The notes below the pieces were generated by a model. That model ran no database searches and had not been told where the DNA came from. It worked only from the letters and a program-made list of their open reading frames with translations. Below are positions 22,437-31,313 of a stretch of DNA of 64,000 bases, one piece after another. The translations under genes and the position numbers were made by a program. How positions within the stretch are numbered: position 1 is the first letter of the stretch; every line of letters begins with the position of its first letter. Source of the DNA: Firmicutes bacterium HGW-Firmicutes-12 (GTDB lineage Bacteria > Bacillota > Peptococcia > DRI-13 > PHAD01); assembly GCA_002841595.1 (NCBI GenBank), contig PHAD01000001.1, positions 1,415 to 65,414 of the forward strand. The letters are read 5' to 3'.

Positions 22437-23804
22437 TTAATTTGTTAGGGCTGTTATTGGGGCAGGTATTCTTCCTCCTCTTTTAATGAATACGTCCGGC
22501 TTGTATTCATGAGCTTTCATTATTGGAGCACTACCAAGAAGTCCACCGAATTCAACCTTTTCTCCAATTTTCCCCCCTGGGACTGGGATTATCCTCACAG
22601 CAGTAGTTTTCTTATTAATCATTCCAATAGCAGCTTCATCAGCAATTATTCCGGCAATAACCTCAGCTGTTGTATTCCCCGGTACGGCAATCATATCTAA
22701 TCCTACCGAGCATACACAGGTCATAGCTTCAAGCTTATCAATTCCTAAGCTTCCCTCTTCAACTGCCCGTATCATACCGGCATCCTCACTCACCGGAATA
22801 AAAGCTCCACTCAAGCCCCCCACATATGAAGAGGCCATCGCACCACCTTTTTTAACAGCATCATTCAACATCGCTAACGCTGCTGTTGTACCGTGTCCTC
22901 CGGTCCTTTCCAAACCCATAGCCTCCAGAATATCAGATACGCTATCTCCAACTGCAGGGGTAGGTGCCAACGATAAATCTACAATACCAAAGGGAACATT
23001 TAATCTTTTTGCAGCTTCTCGGCCTGTCAACTCACCCATACGAGTTATTTTAAAAGCCGTATGTTTAATTATGTCTGCTAACGTACCAAAATCAGCATAA
23101 GGTTTGCTTTTTATAGCATTTAGTACAACGCCAGGTCCACTTACGCCAACATTTATTACTACCTCAGGTTCACCTACGCCATGAAAGGCTCCGGCCATAA
23201 AAGGGTTGTCCTCAACAGCATTACAAAAAACTACCAATTTGGCACATCCTATTGCGCCTTGGTCTTTGGTTAATTCAGCAGTTTCTTTAATTATTCGTCC
23301 CATGCGGTAAACCGCGTCCATATTAATACCAGCTCTGGTTGTAGCCACATTTACTGATGAACAAACTCTTTTTGTTACCGCTAAGCTTCGGGGGATAGAC
23401 TTTATAAGACACTCGTCTCCTTTAGTAAAACCTTTATGGACAAGAGCAGAAAAACCTCCAATGAAATTAACACCAACCTGTTGGGCAGCCTTATCTAAAG
23501 CTTCAGCCAAAATTACATAATCTTCTTCAGCACTGCTTTCGGCGACTATTGATATGGGAGTGACGGATATTCGTTTGTTAATAATTGGAATGCCATATTC
23601 CTTTGATATATCTTCTCCAACTCTAACCAAGTTTTCAGCCCTTTTGGTAATCTTGTCATAAATTTTATTTGCTGTATTGCTAATTCTCTCACAAGAACAA
23701 TCTCTTAAGCTTATTCCCATCGTAATAGTACGTATGTCCAGGTTCTCCGCCTGAATCATATGGATAGTTTCAAATATCTCCTCCGGTGCAAATGATATTG
23801 GCAT
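22437..23804 (-). CDS. UPF0210 / DUF711-family protein
   Basis: 455 aa. N-terminus [23 protein letters not shown] is typical of the family. Paired with an upstream ACT protein, as is common in Firmicutes. Confidence 0.8.
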   Translation of the reverse strand: MPISFAPEEIFETIHMIQAENLDIRTITMGISLRDCSCERISNTANKIYDKITKRAENLVRVGEDISKEYGIPIINKRISVTPISIVAESSAEEDYVILAEALDKAAQQVGVNFIGGFSALVHKGFTKGDECLIKSIPRSLAVTKRVCSSVNVATTRAGINMDAVYRMGRIIKETAELTKDQGAIGCAKLVVFCNAVEDNPFMAGAFHGVGEPEVVINVGVSGPGVVLNAIKSKPYADFGTLADIIKHTAFKITRMGELTGREAAKRLNVPFGIVDLSLAPTPAVGDSVSDILEAMGLERTGGHGTTAALAMLNDAVKKGGAMASSYVGGLSGAFIPVSEDAGMIRAVEEGSLGIDKLEAMTCVCSVGLDMIAVPGNTTAEVIAGIIADEAAIGMINKKTTAVRIIPVPGGKIGEKVEFGGLLGSAPIMKAHEYKPDVFIKRGGRIPAPITALTN

Positions 23805-23816
23805 TATTGTAGCCTC

Positions 23817-24125
23817 CTAAATTCGGTGCATAAATTTAAATATATCTTCATGCTGGGCGTTTATTTGAACACCTATTGCTTCCCCATTCTCTTTGAGGAT
23901 GACCTGCAACTCCTGTAAACTAATCTTAGCGTTTTCCAAATCAACAATCATAATCATTGTAAAAAAATCCTGTAAAATCGTTTGGCTGATATCCAAAATA
24001 TTAACATTCTGATTAGACAAAGCCATTGAGACTCTAGCAATAATACCAACCTGATCAGTACCAACAACCGTTATAATTGCACGGTTCTGAGAACTTTTCA
24101 TAATGTCGCTGTTTTTCTGCAGCAT
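23817..24125 (-). CDS. ACT-domain protein (UPF0237 family)
   Basis: AIITVVGTDQVGIIARVS matches the ACT fold. GGAGGG lies 6 nt before ATG 24125. Confidence 0.8.
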   Translation of the reverse strand: MLQKNSDIMKSSQNRAIITVVGTDQVGIIARVSMALSNQNVNILDISQTILQDFFTMIMIVDLENAKISLQELQVILKENGEAIGVQINAQHEDIFKFMHRI

Positions 24126-24232
24126 TAAATTCCCTCCAAGCCTATATGAGAATCATAATATAATCAATAATTATATCAGAAATCACCATAAAATATATAG
24201 AGGTATACTAATATTTATTGGTTTTTACTGCT

Positions 24233-24691
24233 TTAATTATTTATGGCAACACTAAAGGCAGCAGCATAAATATTTTTGCATATATCTTTAAAATACTCAT
24301 TCGCATCATCTTCTAAACCTGCAAGTGTACAAAAACCAGCTCCTGAGAGAATAAGGATAATGCGGGCTTTCGTATTTTGAAAATACTTCCAATATAGACC
24401 ATCGGTAATCAAAAAGCTTTCCTCTTCAGAGATCATTTGTTTTTCCATAAAAGCTGACAGATCATTCTTTTCCGGATTAAAATTGTGCAAAGACAGGGTT
24501 TTATCCTTTACGGCCGCTCGAAATCTTTTGTATTCACTGTATTCCGGAGTAAGCAAAACAAGTTCATAACCCCTGCGGGATAAGAACCTTAAAGCTGATA
24601 TTGCTTCAGGGTAGATCTCAATGGTTTCCTTTTTGTCTCTTGATACCGAATAGAGAGTCCCCATTCCTGGAAAGAAAATAACCTTTATCAT
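24233..24691 (-). CDS. HAD-IIIA (GmhB/HisB-N)-like protein lacking the nucleophile motif
   Basis: Its length and motif order align with my recollection of GmhB, but DxDGT is replaced by FFPGMGTL and TNQSG by TPEYS. An SD (GGGGTGTGGAGG) precedes ATG 24691; the ORF track starts at 24769. Confidence 0.4.
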   Translation of the reverse strand: MIKVIFFPGMGTLYSVSRDKKETIEIYPEAISALRFLSRRGYELVLLTPEYSEYKRFRAAVKDKTLSLHNFNPEKNDLSAFMEKQMISEEESFLITDGLYWKYFQNTKARIILILSGAGFCTLAGLEDDANEYFKDICKNIYAAAFSVAINN

Positions 24692-24820
24692 TCCTCCACA
24701 CCCCCGTCCTTCTAATATATGACGGGTAAACTTCTCTTGTGCATGTGTTAAAACAAAAGAACAGTTCATAAGTAATTCAAGTACTTATGAACTGCGCCTA
24801 CTTTAATGCTTTTTTTATTA

Positions 24821-25303
24821 CTAATCAATACAATCTGCTATTTCAACTGCTGACTTTTCCATCAATAAAGTGGAATTGCGAAATAACTTACCTACTATTT
24901 TACCAGGTAGAACGCGCGCTCCTGAGTTTGTGGCCATACTACTCATAAGCTTGATAGCTTGCGAACCACCTAAGCCAGAAAATGTGAAACCCATAGTTAC
25001 AAAAGGTATTACTTTCTTATGAGTTAAACCTTTTAGCTCCTTCATGCAGGCTATTAGAACCGGCGAAGCTGAAAAAGCCCAGACAGGTCCACCAAAAAGC
25101 ACAGCATCATAATCTGCACAATCCGGTATATTTAAGATAGAAAACTTTTTAGAGTTTCGCACTGAACCTGAATTAACCGGGACATCCGTTTTTAGTTCAA
25201 TTATTTCAGCTGTATGCCCCCGTTTTAAAAGTTCTTTCTCAATAATTTTAGCAAACTTAAGAGTTGTACCCGTTTGTGAATGAACGGTAATCCCAATATT
25301 CAT
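24821..25303 (-). CDS. Flavodoxin-like fold protein
   Basis: 160 aa with N-terminal ITVHSQTGTT and a GGPVW loop, as in flavodoxin-family proteins. Confidence 0.65.
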   Translation of the reverse strand: MNIGITVHSQTGTTLKFAKIIEKELLKRGHTAEIIELKTDVPVNSGSVRNSKKFSILNIPDCADYDAVLFGGPVWAFSASPVLIACMKELKGLTHKKVIPFVTMGFTFSGLGGSQAIKLMSSMATNSGARVLPGKIVGKLFRNSTLLMEKSAVEIADCID

Positions 25304-25349
25304 TCTAATCGTCTCCTTTTTTCTTTTCTTCTTCCTACACTAAAAAAAT

Positions 25350-26030
25350 CTAATCCACTAAGTTATCGTCAGTTAGTCTTCCATCACCCGTTACCGGAAT
25401 GACATCTCCTAAGTATGTTGGTTTTGGCTGAATAAATTTTGCTATGAAATAATCCTTATTTCTCGCCGCAATTTCCCTAATTTCATTTTTCAGCATAACT
25501 CCATTATAAACATGTATATCAGAAGCAACTCCATATGCTTCAAGCCCTAATTGTTTAGCAATATATATAGCCCTCATCAAATGATACTTTTGTGTGACAA
25601 TAATTATTTTATCTGCTAAAAAGATGTCTCTAGCACGATAAATGCTCTCATAAGTACTAAAACCTGCATGATCCATAAAAATATCTTCCGCTGGTATTCC
25701 TTTTTCCATAAGATATGCTTTCATAGTATTGACTTCATCATAATCTTTTCTGCCATGATCACCACTTACAATGATTTTCGTCGCCTTCTTCTGTATATAT
25801 AGTTCATAACCGACTGTTAATCTATCTTTTAGCATTAATGAAACATTCCCATCTGAGAATACACGAGCACCGAGTATAACTACTGCATCGACTTTAGTAG
25901 CGTCCCCAGCATCGATTATGTAGCTCATTCCTGTCTTTTTTACATGTTGACTGATACTAAATACGGCTATGACGATGATGATACATAGTACACTTACAAT
26001 TCTAATCCAGCGTTTTTGAAATCTTCTCAT
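25350..26030 (-). CDS. SanA / DUF218 (YdcF-like) membrane-anchored protein
   Basis: N-terminal TM segment, then VVILGARV..KIIVSGDHGRKDYDEVNTMKAYL..IFMDHAGFSTYES, which is typical of SanA. Confidence 0.8.
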   Translation of the reverse strand: MRRFQKRWIRIVSVLCIIIVIAVFSISQHVKKTGMSYIIDAGDATKVDAVVILGARVFSDGNVSLMLKDRLTVGYELYIQKKATKIIVSGDHGRKDYDEVNTMKAYLMEKGIPAEDIFMDHAGFSTYESIYRARDIFLADKIIIVTQKYHLMRAIYIAKQLGLEAYGVASDIHVYNGVMLKNEIREIAARNKDYFIAKFIQPKPTYLGDVIPVTGDGRLTDDNLVD

Positions 26031-26194
26031 AGTGCTAATCCTTCCTAAAAATATGCTGTCTTTTTTAGTAGATTATATACTAAGACTTATTGCACTCCCA
26101 TTTATGGTTTATTAGCCCATGCTTGACATATGTTGGTATATTCCATATCCATAAATAGTTCTTTTATGTTTCAAATTATTCTTCCTCCATGCTC

Positions 26195-26836
26195 TCATTC
26201 TTTTCTTTTTGTGAGTAACATTTCAAATTCAAAATCAGTAATTCTTAATCTTTTTATGAATGGGAACATAACAAGCGCTACTATTCCTGCTAATAGTATT
26301 AAATGATTTGTTTCAATCATAATAAATCCTAAAAGATCCATTACCAACAAAATAGCTATAATAATTGCCAAAGCCCAACTCAATCCCCATACCCATAAAG
26401 AAACTCTATCCCGTTCATTTTTCTTTTCGGCAATAATTGAATTTAACCTGCTATTTTGCAAAATATTAAAACTAATAATATCCGAGAGAATTTCTGCATA
26501 ATCTTCAAATTGACTATAGGTATTATATATGTCTACTTTTTTAATCTGAAAAGGTTTTTCTCCTTCCACCGAGAAAACAAGGTATGTTAAAACACTCTTA
26601 TTACCCATAGCCTTTATATACTTCCGTAACTGGTGGTATCCACTTTGCATAGTACTAGAATTCTTATGTTCTTTAACTTCAAATATTGCCATCGGTTCCT
26701 TCGATTCAGGATCTATAATCGCAAGATCAACTCTATATTTACCAACGGGCCAGTCCATTACTATCGATGACGGAGGATACCCTCTTTCTATTAGGTAATT
26801 GATCAGTTCATTAAAAATACTAATTTCTAGTACCAA
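26195..26836 (-). CDS. PD-(D/E)xK nuclease-fold (HsdR_N-like) domain fused to two C-terminal TM helices
   Basis: LIERGYPPSSIVMDWPVGKYRVDLAIIDPESKEPMAIFEVK carries the D...E-x-K arrangement of the type I R-subunit N-terminal domain. The C-terminus has LWVWGLSWALAIIIAILLVMDLL and LILLAGIVALVMFPFI. Confidence 0.5.
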   Translation of the reverse strand: MVLEISIFNELINYLIERGYPPSSIVMDWPVGKYRVDLAIIDPESKEPMAIFEVKEHKNSSTMQSGYHQLRKYIKAMGNKSVLTYLVFSVEGEKPFQIKKVDIYNTYSQFEDYAEILSDIISFNILQNSRLNSIIAEKKNERDRVSLWVWGLSWALAIIIAILLVMDLLGFIMIETNHLILLAGIVALVMFPFIKRLRITDFEFEMLLTKRKE

Positions 26837-26847
26837 CCTTATTCACC

Positions 26848-27468
26848 TCAATAAGCTATCCTTGCAACCGCCCTTACTAAAGAAGCATCCGCTTTAATTT
26901 TTAAGGGGAAAGCAAATAATTCAATTCTATTTTCGTTGAGTAGTAAACCTAGGTTACAGAGATTTTCTAGTAAACACATTTTCTTTGAAAACAAGTATTT
27001 ATGGATTAAAAAGGGATGCTTATCCGGTGAAGGAGTATCCATACCAATTAACTTTACATTACTCTCAACTAAGAATTCAGCCATACTAAAATCTATAACT
27101 GGATGTGTTGTATAGTACTCTTTTTGGCCATATTTTTTTTCATGGCCAGTATACAACAACACAATACTGTTATTCTTTAATTTTTCCTTATAGCTATCCT
27201 TATATTTAATTATTTCTTCCTCACTAACATCGAGAACACATGCTTCTCCACAAAAATTTTCAAGGTCATACTCGCTAATATAACTTGTGCTTTTTGTTAA
27301 ATGCATAGGTGAATCGACATGCGTTCCGGTATGTGTTCCAGTTTGAAAGCAATAATTGTTATATTCATCTTTTTCTAAAAACCTATCCTGAAATAATGTT
27401 GGTTCGTTATCATATGGATGTGTTGGCATCCCATTCTCAATAGAATAACTTAAATCTATTAGCTTCAT
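26848..27468 (-). CDS. Cyclase-family protein (arylformamidase / kynurenine formamidase fold)
   Basis: HxGTHxDxPxH motif present as HTGTHVDSPMH. 11-nt gap to the downstream PD-(D/E)xK gene. Confidence 0.8.
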   Translation of the reverse strand: MKLIDLSYSIENGMPTHPYDNEPTLFQDRFLEKDEYNNYCFQTGTHTGTHVDSPMHLTKSTSYISEYDLENFCGEACVLDVSEEEIIKYKDSYKEKLKNNSIVLLYTGHEKKYGQKEYYTTHPVIDFSMAEFLVESNVKLIGMDTPSPDKHPFLIHKYLFSKKMCLLENLCNLGLLLNENRIELFAFPLKIKADASLVRAVARIAY

Positions 27469-27545
27469 ATTTTAACTAGTTTCTCCTTCCATCGCAATAC
27501 TGACAAAAGACACCTCTGAAACTGAAATTTTCTACCTTTTACTCT

Positions 27546-27842
27546 TTAGTAGCTAATAACTCTATAATACCGTGTAAACATTCGACTAACTGAAGTATGA
27601 TTGTCGCCTTCCTTTTCAAACAATAAGCCAGCGCCCATTTGTTCAACATACTTCCATCCCTTATTATCCATAAATTCAATAAAAGGTAAACACATACACT
27701 TCATTGCAGACACCAATAAACAAATAATACTCCACCGTATCATTCTTGATGAAAAAGTCCACATCCGTCTTTTTAATCAGGCTCTTCTTAAATACTGTGG
27801 TTGTGAATATCGACCCATTTGAACTTTTGTATAAGACACGTG
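27546..27842 (-). pseudogene. Frameshifted remnant of an unidentified gene
   Basis: Two consecutive minus-strand frames, NGSIFTTTVFKKSLIKKTDVDFFIKNDTVEYYLFIGVCNE and FIEFMDNKGWKYVEQMGAGLLFEKEGDNHTSVSRMFTRYYRV, read through one another. The first has no start codon. Confidence 0.25.
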
Positions 27843-28577
27843 CTATTTTAATATAGGTAGCAATGTTCCCATTATTGCTGCAATAGCATCCATAGCCCAA
27901 TGCGCAATTATAAACGGCATTAATCTCTTGGTACGAAGGTAAATTAAAGGCATTGCTATGGTAAGAGGTAAAAATGATACCATTCGAAAAATTATATATT
28001 GCCAGTCTAGCATTAGTGGAAGAGCAGTATGCTGAAGCATCCAGCCAAGACTAACAAGCCCAATAGCTACCCATTTATTTCTAAAGCAATTTTCAAGACG
28101 GGTAAGAGAATAGCCTTGATATGTAATTTGCTCAGCAAACCCCCATAATATAGGAAATAATGTGACGCTATAAATTGCACCCCATAGTGGTATTCCCCCC
28201 ATAATTTGTGGAGGATAGGGAGTTTGGTATACAAGTAAATGGGTCAGACTAATCCCTACCACCGAAATTGGCATAAATATCAAAATATAAAGTAAACCGG
28301 TCAATACACCTTTCAAGATATGTTTTTTGTCTATATTGACAAGATCTAAAAGGGTCTTACCTTCTTTTCGTATCTGCCAGACAATAATAGCCAAACACCC
28401 AATATCAATAAACGACCCATATACAGTAAACCAATGGCCAGCAGACTGCAGCGGAGTAGGATTGTTTTGCAATAAGTATATCCCAGCTATAAATAGCTGT
28501 AGAACAACTGCTAAAAAGAAACGCATAAAAACCAAAATTAATGGCCATTTCCATTGTCTCTCATAACTTAAATTCAA
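27843..28577 (-). CDS. CPBP (CAAX/Abi) family intramembrane protease-like protein
   Basis: 7-8 TM segments with degenerate motif 1 (GFAEQITYQGY) and His motifs (LQHTALP, IIAHWAMD). Confidence 0.55.
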   Translation of the reverse strand: MNLSYERQWKWPLILVFMRFFLAVVLQLFIAGIYLLQNNPTPLQSAGHWFTVYGSFIDIGCLAIIVWQIRKEGKTLLDLVNIDKKHILKGVLTGLLYILIFMPISVVGISLTHLLVYQTPYPPQIMGGIPLWGAIYSVTLFPILWGFAEQITYQGYSLTRLENCFRNKWVAIGLVSLGWMLQHTALPLMLDWQYIIFRMVSFLPLTIAMPLIYLRTKRLMPFIIAHWAMDAIAAIMGTLLPILK

Positions 28578-28618
28578 CTTAACAACCTCTATTCATATTC
28601 CTGATTTATTTCAACTAA

Positions 28619-29539
28619 TTACTTCAATCCGAACAAATCACCTATCGACTTATGCTCACGGTGTAACAACCATACTACAATCATACCAAATATAAAGGTT
28701 GAAGAAGCTGTCTCTATCATGTGACTAAATCGTATGCTTGCTATCGGTAGAAGTGGATTTGCTAAAATGTGTCCAATATTCTGCGGAATAGAAAAGAACA
28801 GACCTACTAGGATAGCCGTCCACCGAGCATTGACCTTTGAGCCACGAATTACCGGAAGAGCGCACAATGTCCAAAGCATTGCTCGAAGAATCTGAAAGGG
28901 AAATAATCCAGGATCTGTATGAAAAGTATTAATTGTATGCGTCCAAAGTGGTAGCATTTCTCCGGGGTTTCCGTAAAAAGCACGTAATTCTGGATTTTGC
29001 CAGGCAATGAAATACCCAGCACTCCAATACAGAACAAGATAGGTCATCGCTATAAGGACTAACTTCAATACCCACTCTTTCCCCTCCATAATACGTCCTG
29101 GATTTGATACAAAATCAGACTTCCCTTTACCTTTACCTTTACCTAAAATAAATACTGCTAATGGGACAAAGATAAACGCTATAGGAATACCCATCAAAAA
29201 CAAACGTGGTAGAAGTTCGACACCAACTGTAATATTTGAAAGGAAATACCATGTCTCAATTTGCATCACAAAGGTCACTGCACCGTAATAAGCAAGTGAT
29301 AATCCTAAGACAAGTTTCCAGCCTCTCCAGCGCGAGCTTAAGACCAGTGCCATTACCAGCAGTGTGCTGACAATACTTATTATTAATATTGCAGTTTCAG
29401 CTGATACAAGGCCTGGCTCTGATTTAATATTCGGAATAAGTCCTGAAACTAACTGCGCTCCAAGGATAAAAAAGATGTTGAATAAAATGACTAGTACAAT
29501 AAAACGCAAAATCCAACCTAAAACATTAAGTGGTTTCAT
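28619..29539 (-). CDS. Polytopic membrane protein of unknown function
   Basis: 306 aa with roughly 8 hydrophobic segments and a GKGKGKGKS loop. I recognise no family. Confidence 0.5.
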   Translation of the reverse strand: MKPLNVLGWILRFIVLVILFNIFFILGAQLVSGLIPNIKSEPGLVSAETAILIISIVSTLLVMALVLSSRWRGWKLVLGLSLAYYGAVTFVMQIETWYFLSNITVGVELLPRLFLMGIPIAFIFVPLAVFILGKGKGKGKSDFVSNPGRIMEGKEWVLKLVLIAMTYLVLYWSAGYFIAWQNPELRAFYGNPGEMLPLWTHTINTFHTDPGLFPFQILRAMLWTLCALPVIRGSKVNARWTAILVGLFFSIPQNIGHILANPLLPIASIRFSHMIETASSTFIFGMIVVWLLHREHKSIGDLFGLK

Positions 29540-29548
29540 AAATACCTC

Positions 29549-29767
29549 CTAGTCTAAAGTTTCCTCGAAAAATAGTTTTCTCATCTCAATTACTTCTTTA
29601 AAATCTACATCGTACCAGTCTACCTTACTGTTATTTATTCTATAATACCTACTATCCAGTCCACAACCCAAATGCAAGGCGATACTATCAGTGTTTAACC
29701 CATTGTATATTCTAATAACCATGCAACCAGGCTTATTATAATGGGAATTATAACAAATAGTATCCAT
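29549..29767 (-). pseudogene. Internal fragment of an LCM/TcmP-type class I SAM-dependent methyltransferase
   Basis: Only LHLGCGLDSRYYRI..VDWYDVDFKEVIEMRK (SAM motif I region) survives. It is 72 codons long, overlaps the upstream gene and lacks the C-terminal two-thirds. Confidence 0.5.
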
Positions 29768-30177
29768 ACTCTTTTCTTCCTTTTCTGTACATAAGGATGT
29801 ACTTCCGATTTTTTCGGTTCTGCTTTTTGCTCTGGTTCATCTGTTTTTAAATTGATTATCTCGCTGGCTTCTACTAGTCTACTTTCCGGAACATATATCT
29901 CGCTTCCTAAAGCGTTCATTCCCATATATATTCTCAGATAACCTCCGGCCCCTTTTTCCTTTCTTAATACCGGAATTTCGCTGCTTTTTATGAATGATTC
30001 TACTATATCTGCTTCTCTTTCATTTTGAGTTTGAAGAAGCAAGCACCACTTATCATCTTCATAGATATCAAACTGCCCCTCTTCTATGTTCAAGTTGTCC
30101 ACCAGTTCTACCGCGCAGTCGCTACATATATCAAAACCTTCCCGATATTCAGTTTTGCAATTTGGGCACCATGGCAT
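29695..30177 (-). CDS. Zinc-ribbon + DUF2007-like domain + C-terminal TM protein
   Basis: N-terminal CPNC..CSDC ribbon, a DUF2007-like core (EADIVESFIKSSEIPV..IYVPESRLVEASEII) and a C-terminal TM segment. Confidence 0.6.
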   Translation of the reverse strand: MPWCPNCKTEYREGFDICSDCAVELVDNLNIEEGQFDIYEDDKWCLLLQTQNEREADIVESFIKSSEIPVLRKEKGAGGYLRIYMGMNALGSEIYVPESRLVEASEIINLKTDEPEQKAEPKKSEVHPYVQKRKKRVWILFVIIPIIISLVAWLLEYTMG

Positions 30178-30275
30178 TTACCCACCTCCTTAAATTTATG
30201 CTAGCTCAAACTATCCTTATTTCCAATATTACAGATAAATGTAAAACTGAATGAATGTATAAACAGAACTTAAGC

Positions 30276-30416
30276 TCACTGAAATCTAATTATTATACCA
30301 GCAATAAGGGGACTAATAAATATCGCTATGTATATTAGTGTAATCCAAGGTTGATATTCAACGTACATACTTGTATCATAAATAGAATTATTCCTCTTAA
30401 TTTCTTCAATAGTCAT
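30276..30416 (-). CDS. Possible 46-aa small membrane protein (below the ORF-track cutoff)
   Basis: Hand translation: MTIEEIKRNNSIYDTSMYVEYQPWITLIYIAIFISPLIAGIIIRFQ. GAGGT lies 6 nt upstream of the ATG. Confidence 0.3.
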   Translation of the reverse strand: MTIEEIKRNNSIYDTSMYVEYQPWITLIYIAIFISPLIAGIIIRFQ

Positions 30417-30628
30417 AGTTTTACCTCTTAATGTTAATATTCTATTTTTATTTCCAATACTTTAGGACGTTAAATATCATTTGTTTTTTTAGCATTTTTA
30501 TAACCAGCCATGAAAGCTTATTATGATTATTAACTTTTTCAATAATTGCTTTACCAAAATTGCTAGCCTTTTCAGTTAGGATTTACTAACTCCTTTACAC
30601 TGCATTTTATTAATCATTCAATCAAAAA

Positions 30629-30667
30629 GTAACATATACTTGACATATGTAATATATATGTTACAAT
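30629..30667 (+). promoter_or_regulatory. Sigma-A-type promoter with an embedded inverted-repeat operator for the XRE gene
   Basis: TTGACA (30640-30645), 16 nt, TACAAT (30662-30667). Perfect 10-bp inverted repeat GTAACATATA (30629-30638) / TATATGTTAC (30655-30664), plus a central palindrome ACATATGT (30643-30650). Confidence 0.5.
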
Positions 30668-30690
30668 CGTATCTAGGAGGTGATCTAGGT

Positions 30691-30894
30691 TTGCTAAATC
30701 GTATTAAACTAGCTCGTATGGAACTCGACCTAACTCAGCAACAACTGGCAGAAGCTGTTGGAGTCACTAGACAAACTATAAATTTAATTGAGAAAGGTAA
30801 CTATAACCCTTCTATAAAATTATGTTTAGCCATTTGTTATTCCTTAAATAAAACCCTAGATGACTTATTTTGGATAAAGGAGAACGAGAAATGA
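30691..30894 (+). CDS. XRE-family HTH transcriptional regulator (YozG-like, 67 aa)
   Basis: LTQQQLAEAVGVTRQTINLIEKGNYNPS is an HTH_3 motif. TTG start at 30691 with AGGAGG 10 nt upstream. Confidence 0.85.
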   Translation: MLNRIKLARMELDLTQQQLAEAVGVTRQTINLIEKGNYNPSIKLCLAICYSLNKTLDDLFWIKENEK

Positions 30895-31313
30895 AGAATC
30901 AGATTCAAGATGAAAGAATTATTCAAGAAGCTCGCAAACAAAACAGCTTTGGATTTACAATCTTGTACTTCGGCATTTTACTGGATTTATTATATCGGCA
31001 GTTTATTCTTCTAGAACCCATTTCAAGGTATTGGGACATTGCACTACTGTTTTTCGGAGTCACATTTTATTTGGCCTTTAAACGTGTAAGCTCAGGCCTT
31101 CTTACTAATAGGGTTAATTTGAGTCGTATTATACCATCATCGATCGTTGCAACTGTTGTTTTTTTAATCGTTAGTTTCTGGTGGTTAGACAACAAAGCCC
31201 CGTTAGAACTTATAATAAGTGGTATTATCTTCTTCATCGGATACTATGCTATAAACTTATTAATGCAGTATTTTTCACGCAAAAAGAATAATGATATGTT
31301 AAAAGACGATTAA
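30891..31313 (+). CDS. Membrane protein partner of the XRE regulator
   Basis: ATGA start/stop overlap with the XRE gene, with AAGGAG 8 nt upstream. 4 TM segments. Confidence 0.6.
   Translation: MKNQIQDERIIQEARKQNSFGFTILYFGILLDLLYRQFILLEPISRYWDIALLFFGVTFYLAFKRVSSGLLTNRVNLSRIIPSSIVATVVFLIVSFWWLDNKAPLELIISGIIFFIGYYAINLLMQYFSRKKNNDMLKDD

Noticed and set aside
29121-29145. The short tandem repeat encoding GKGKGKGK and the TP repeat at 63337-63402, checked as possible CRISPR or other repeat arrays.
   Set aside because: Both are in-frame coding microsatellites inside ORFs, with no spacers and no cas genes.
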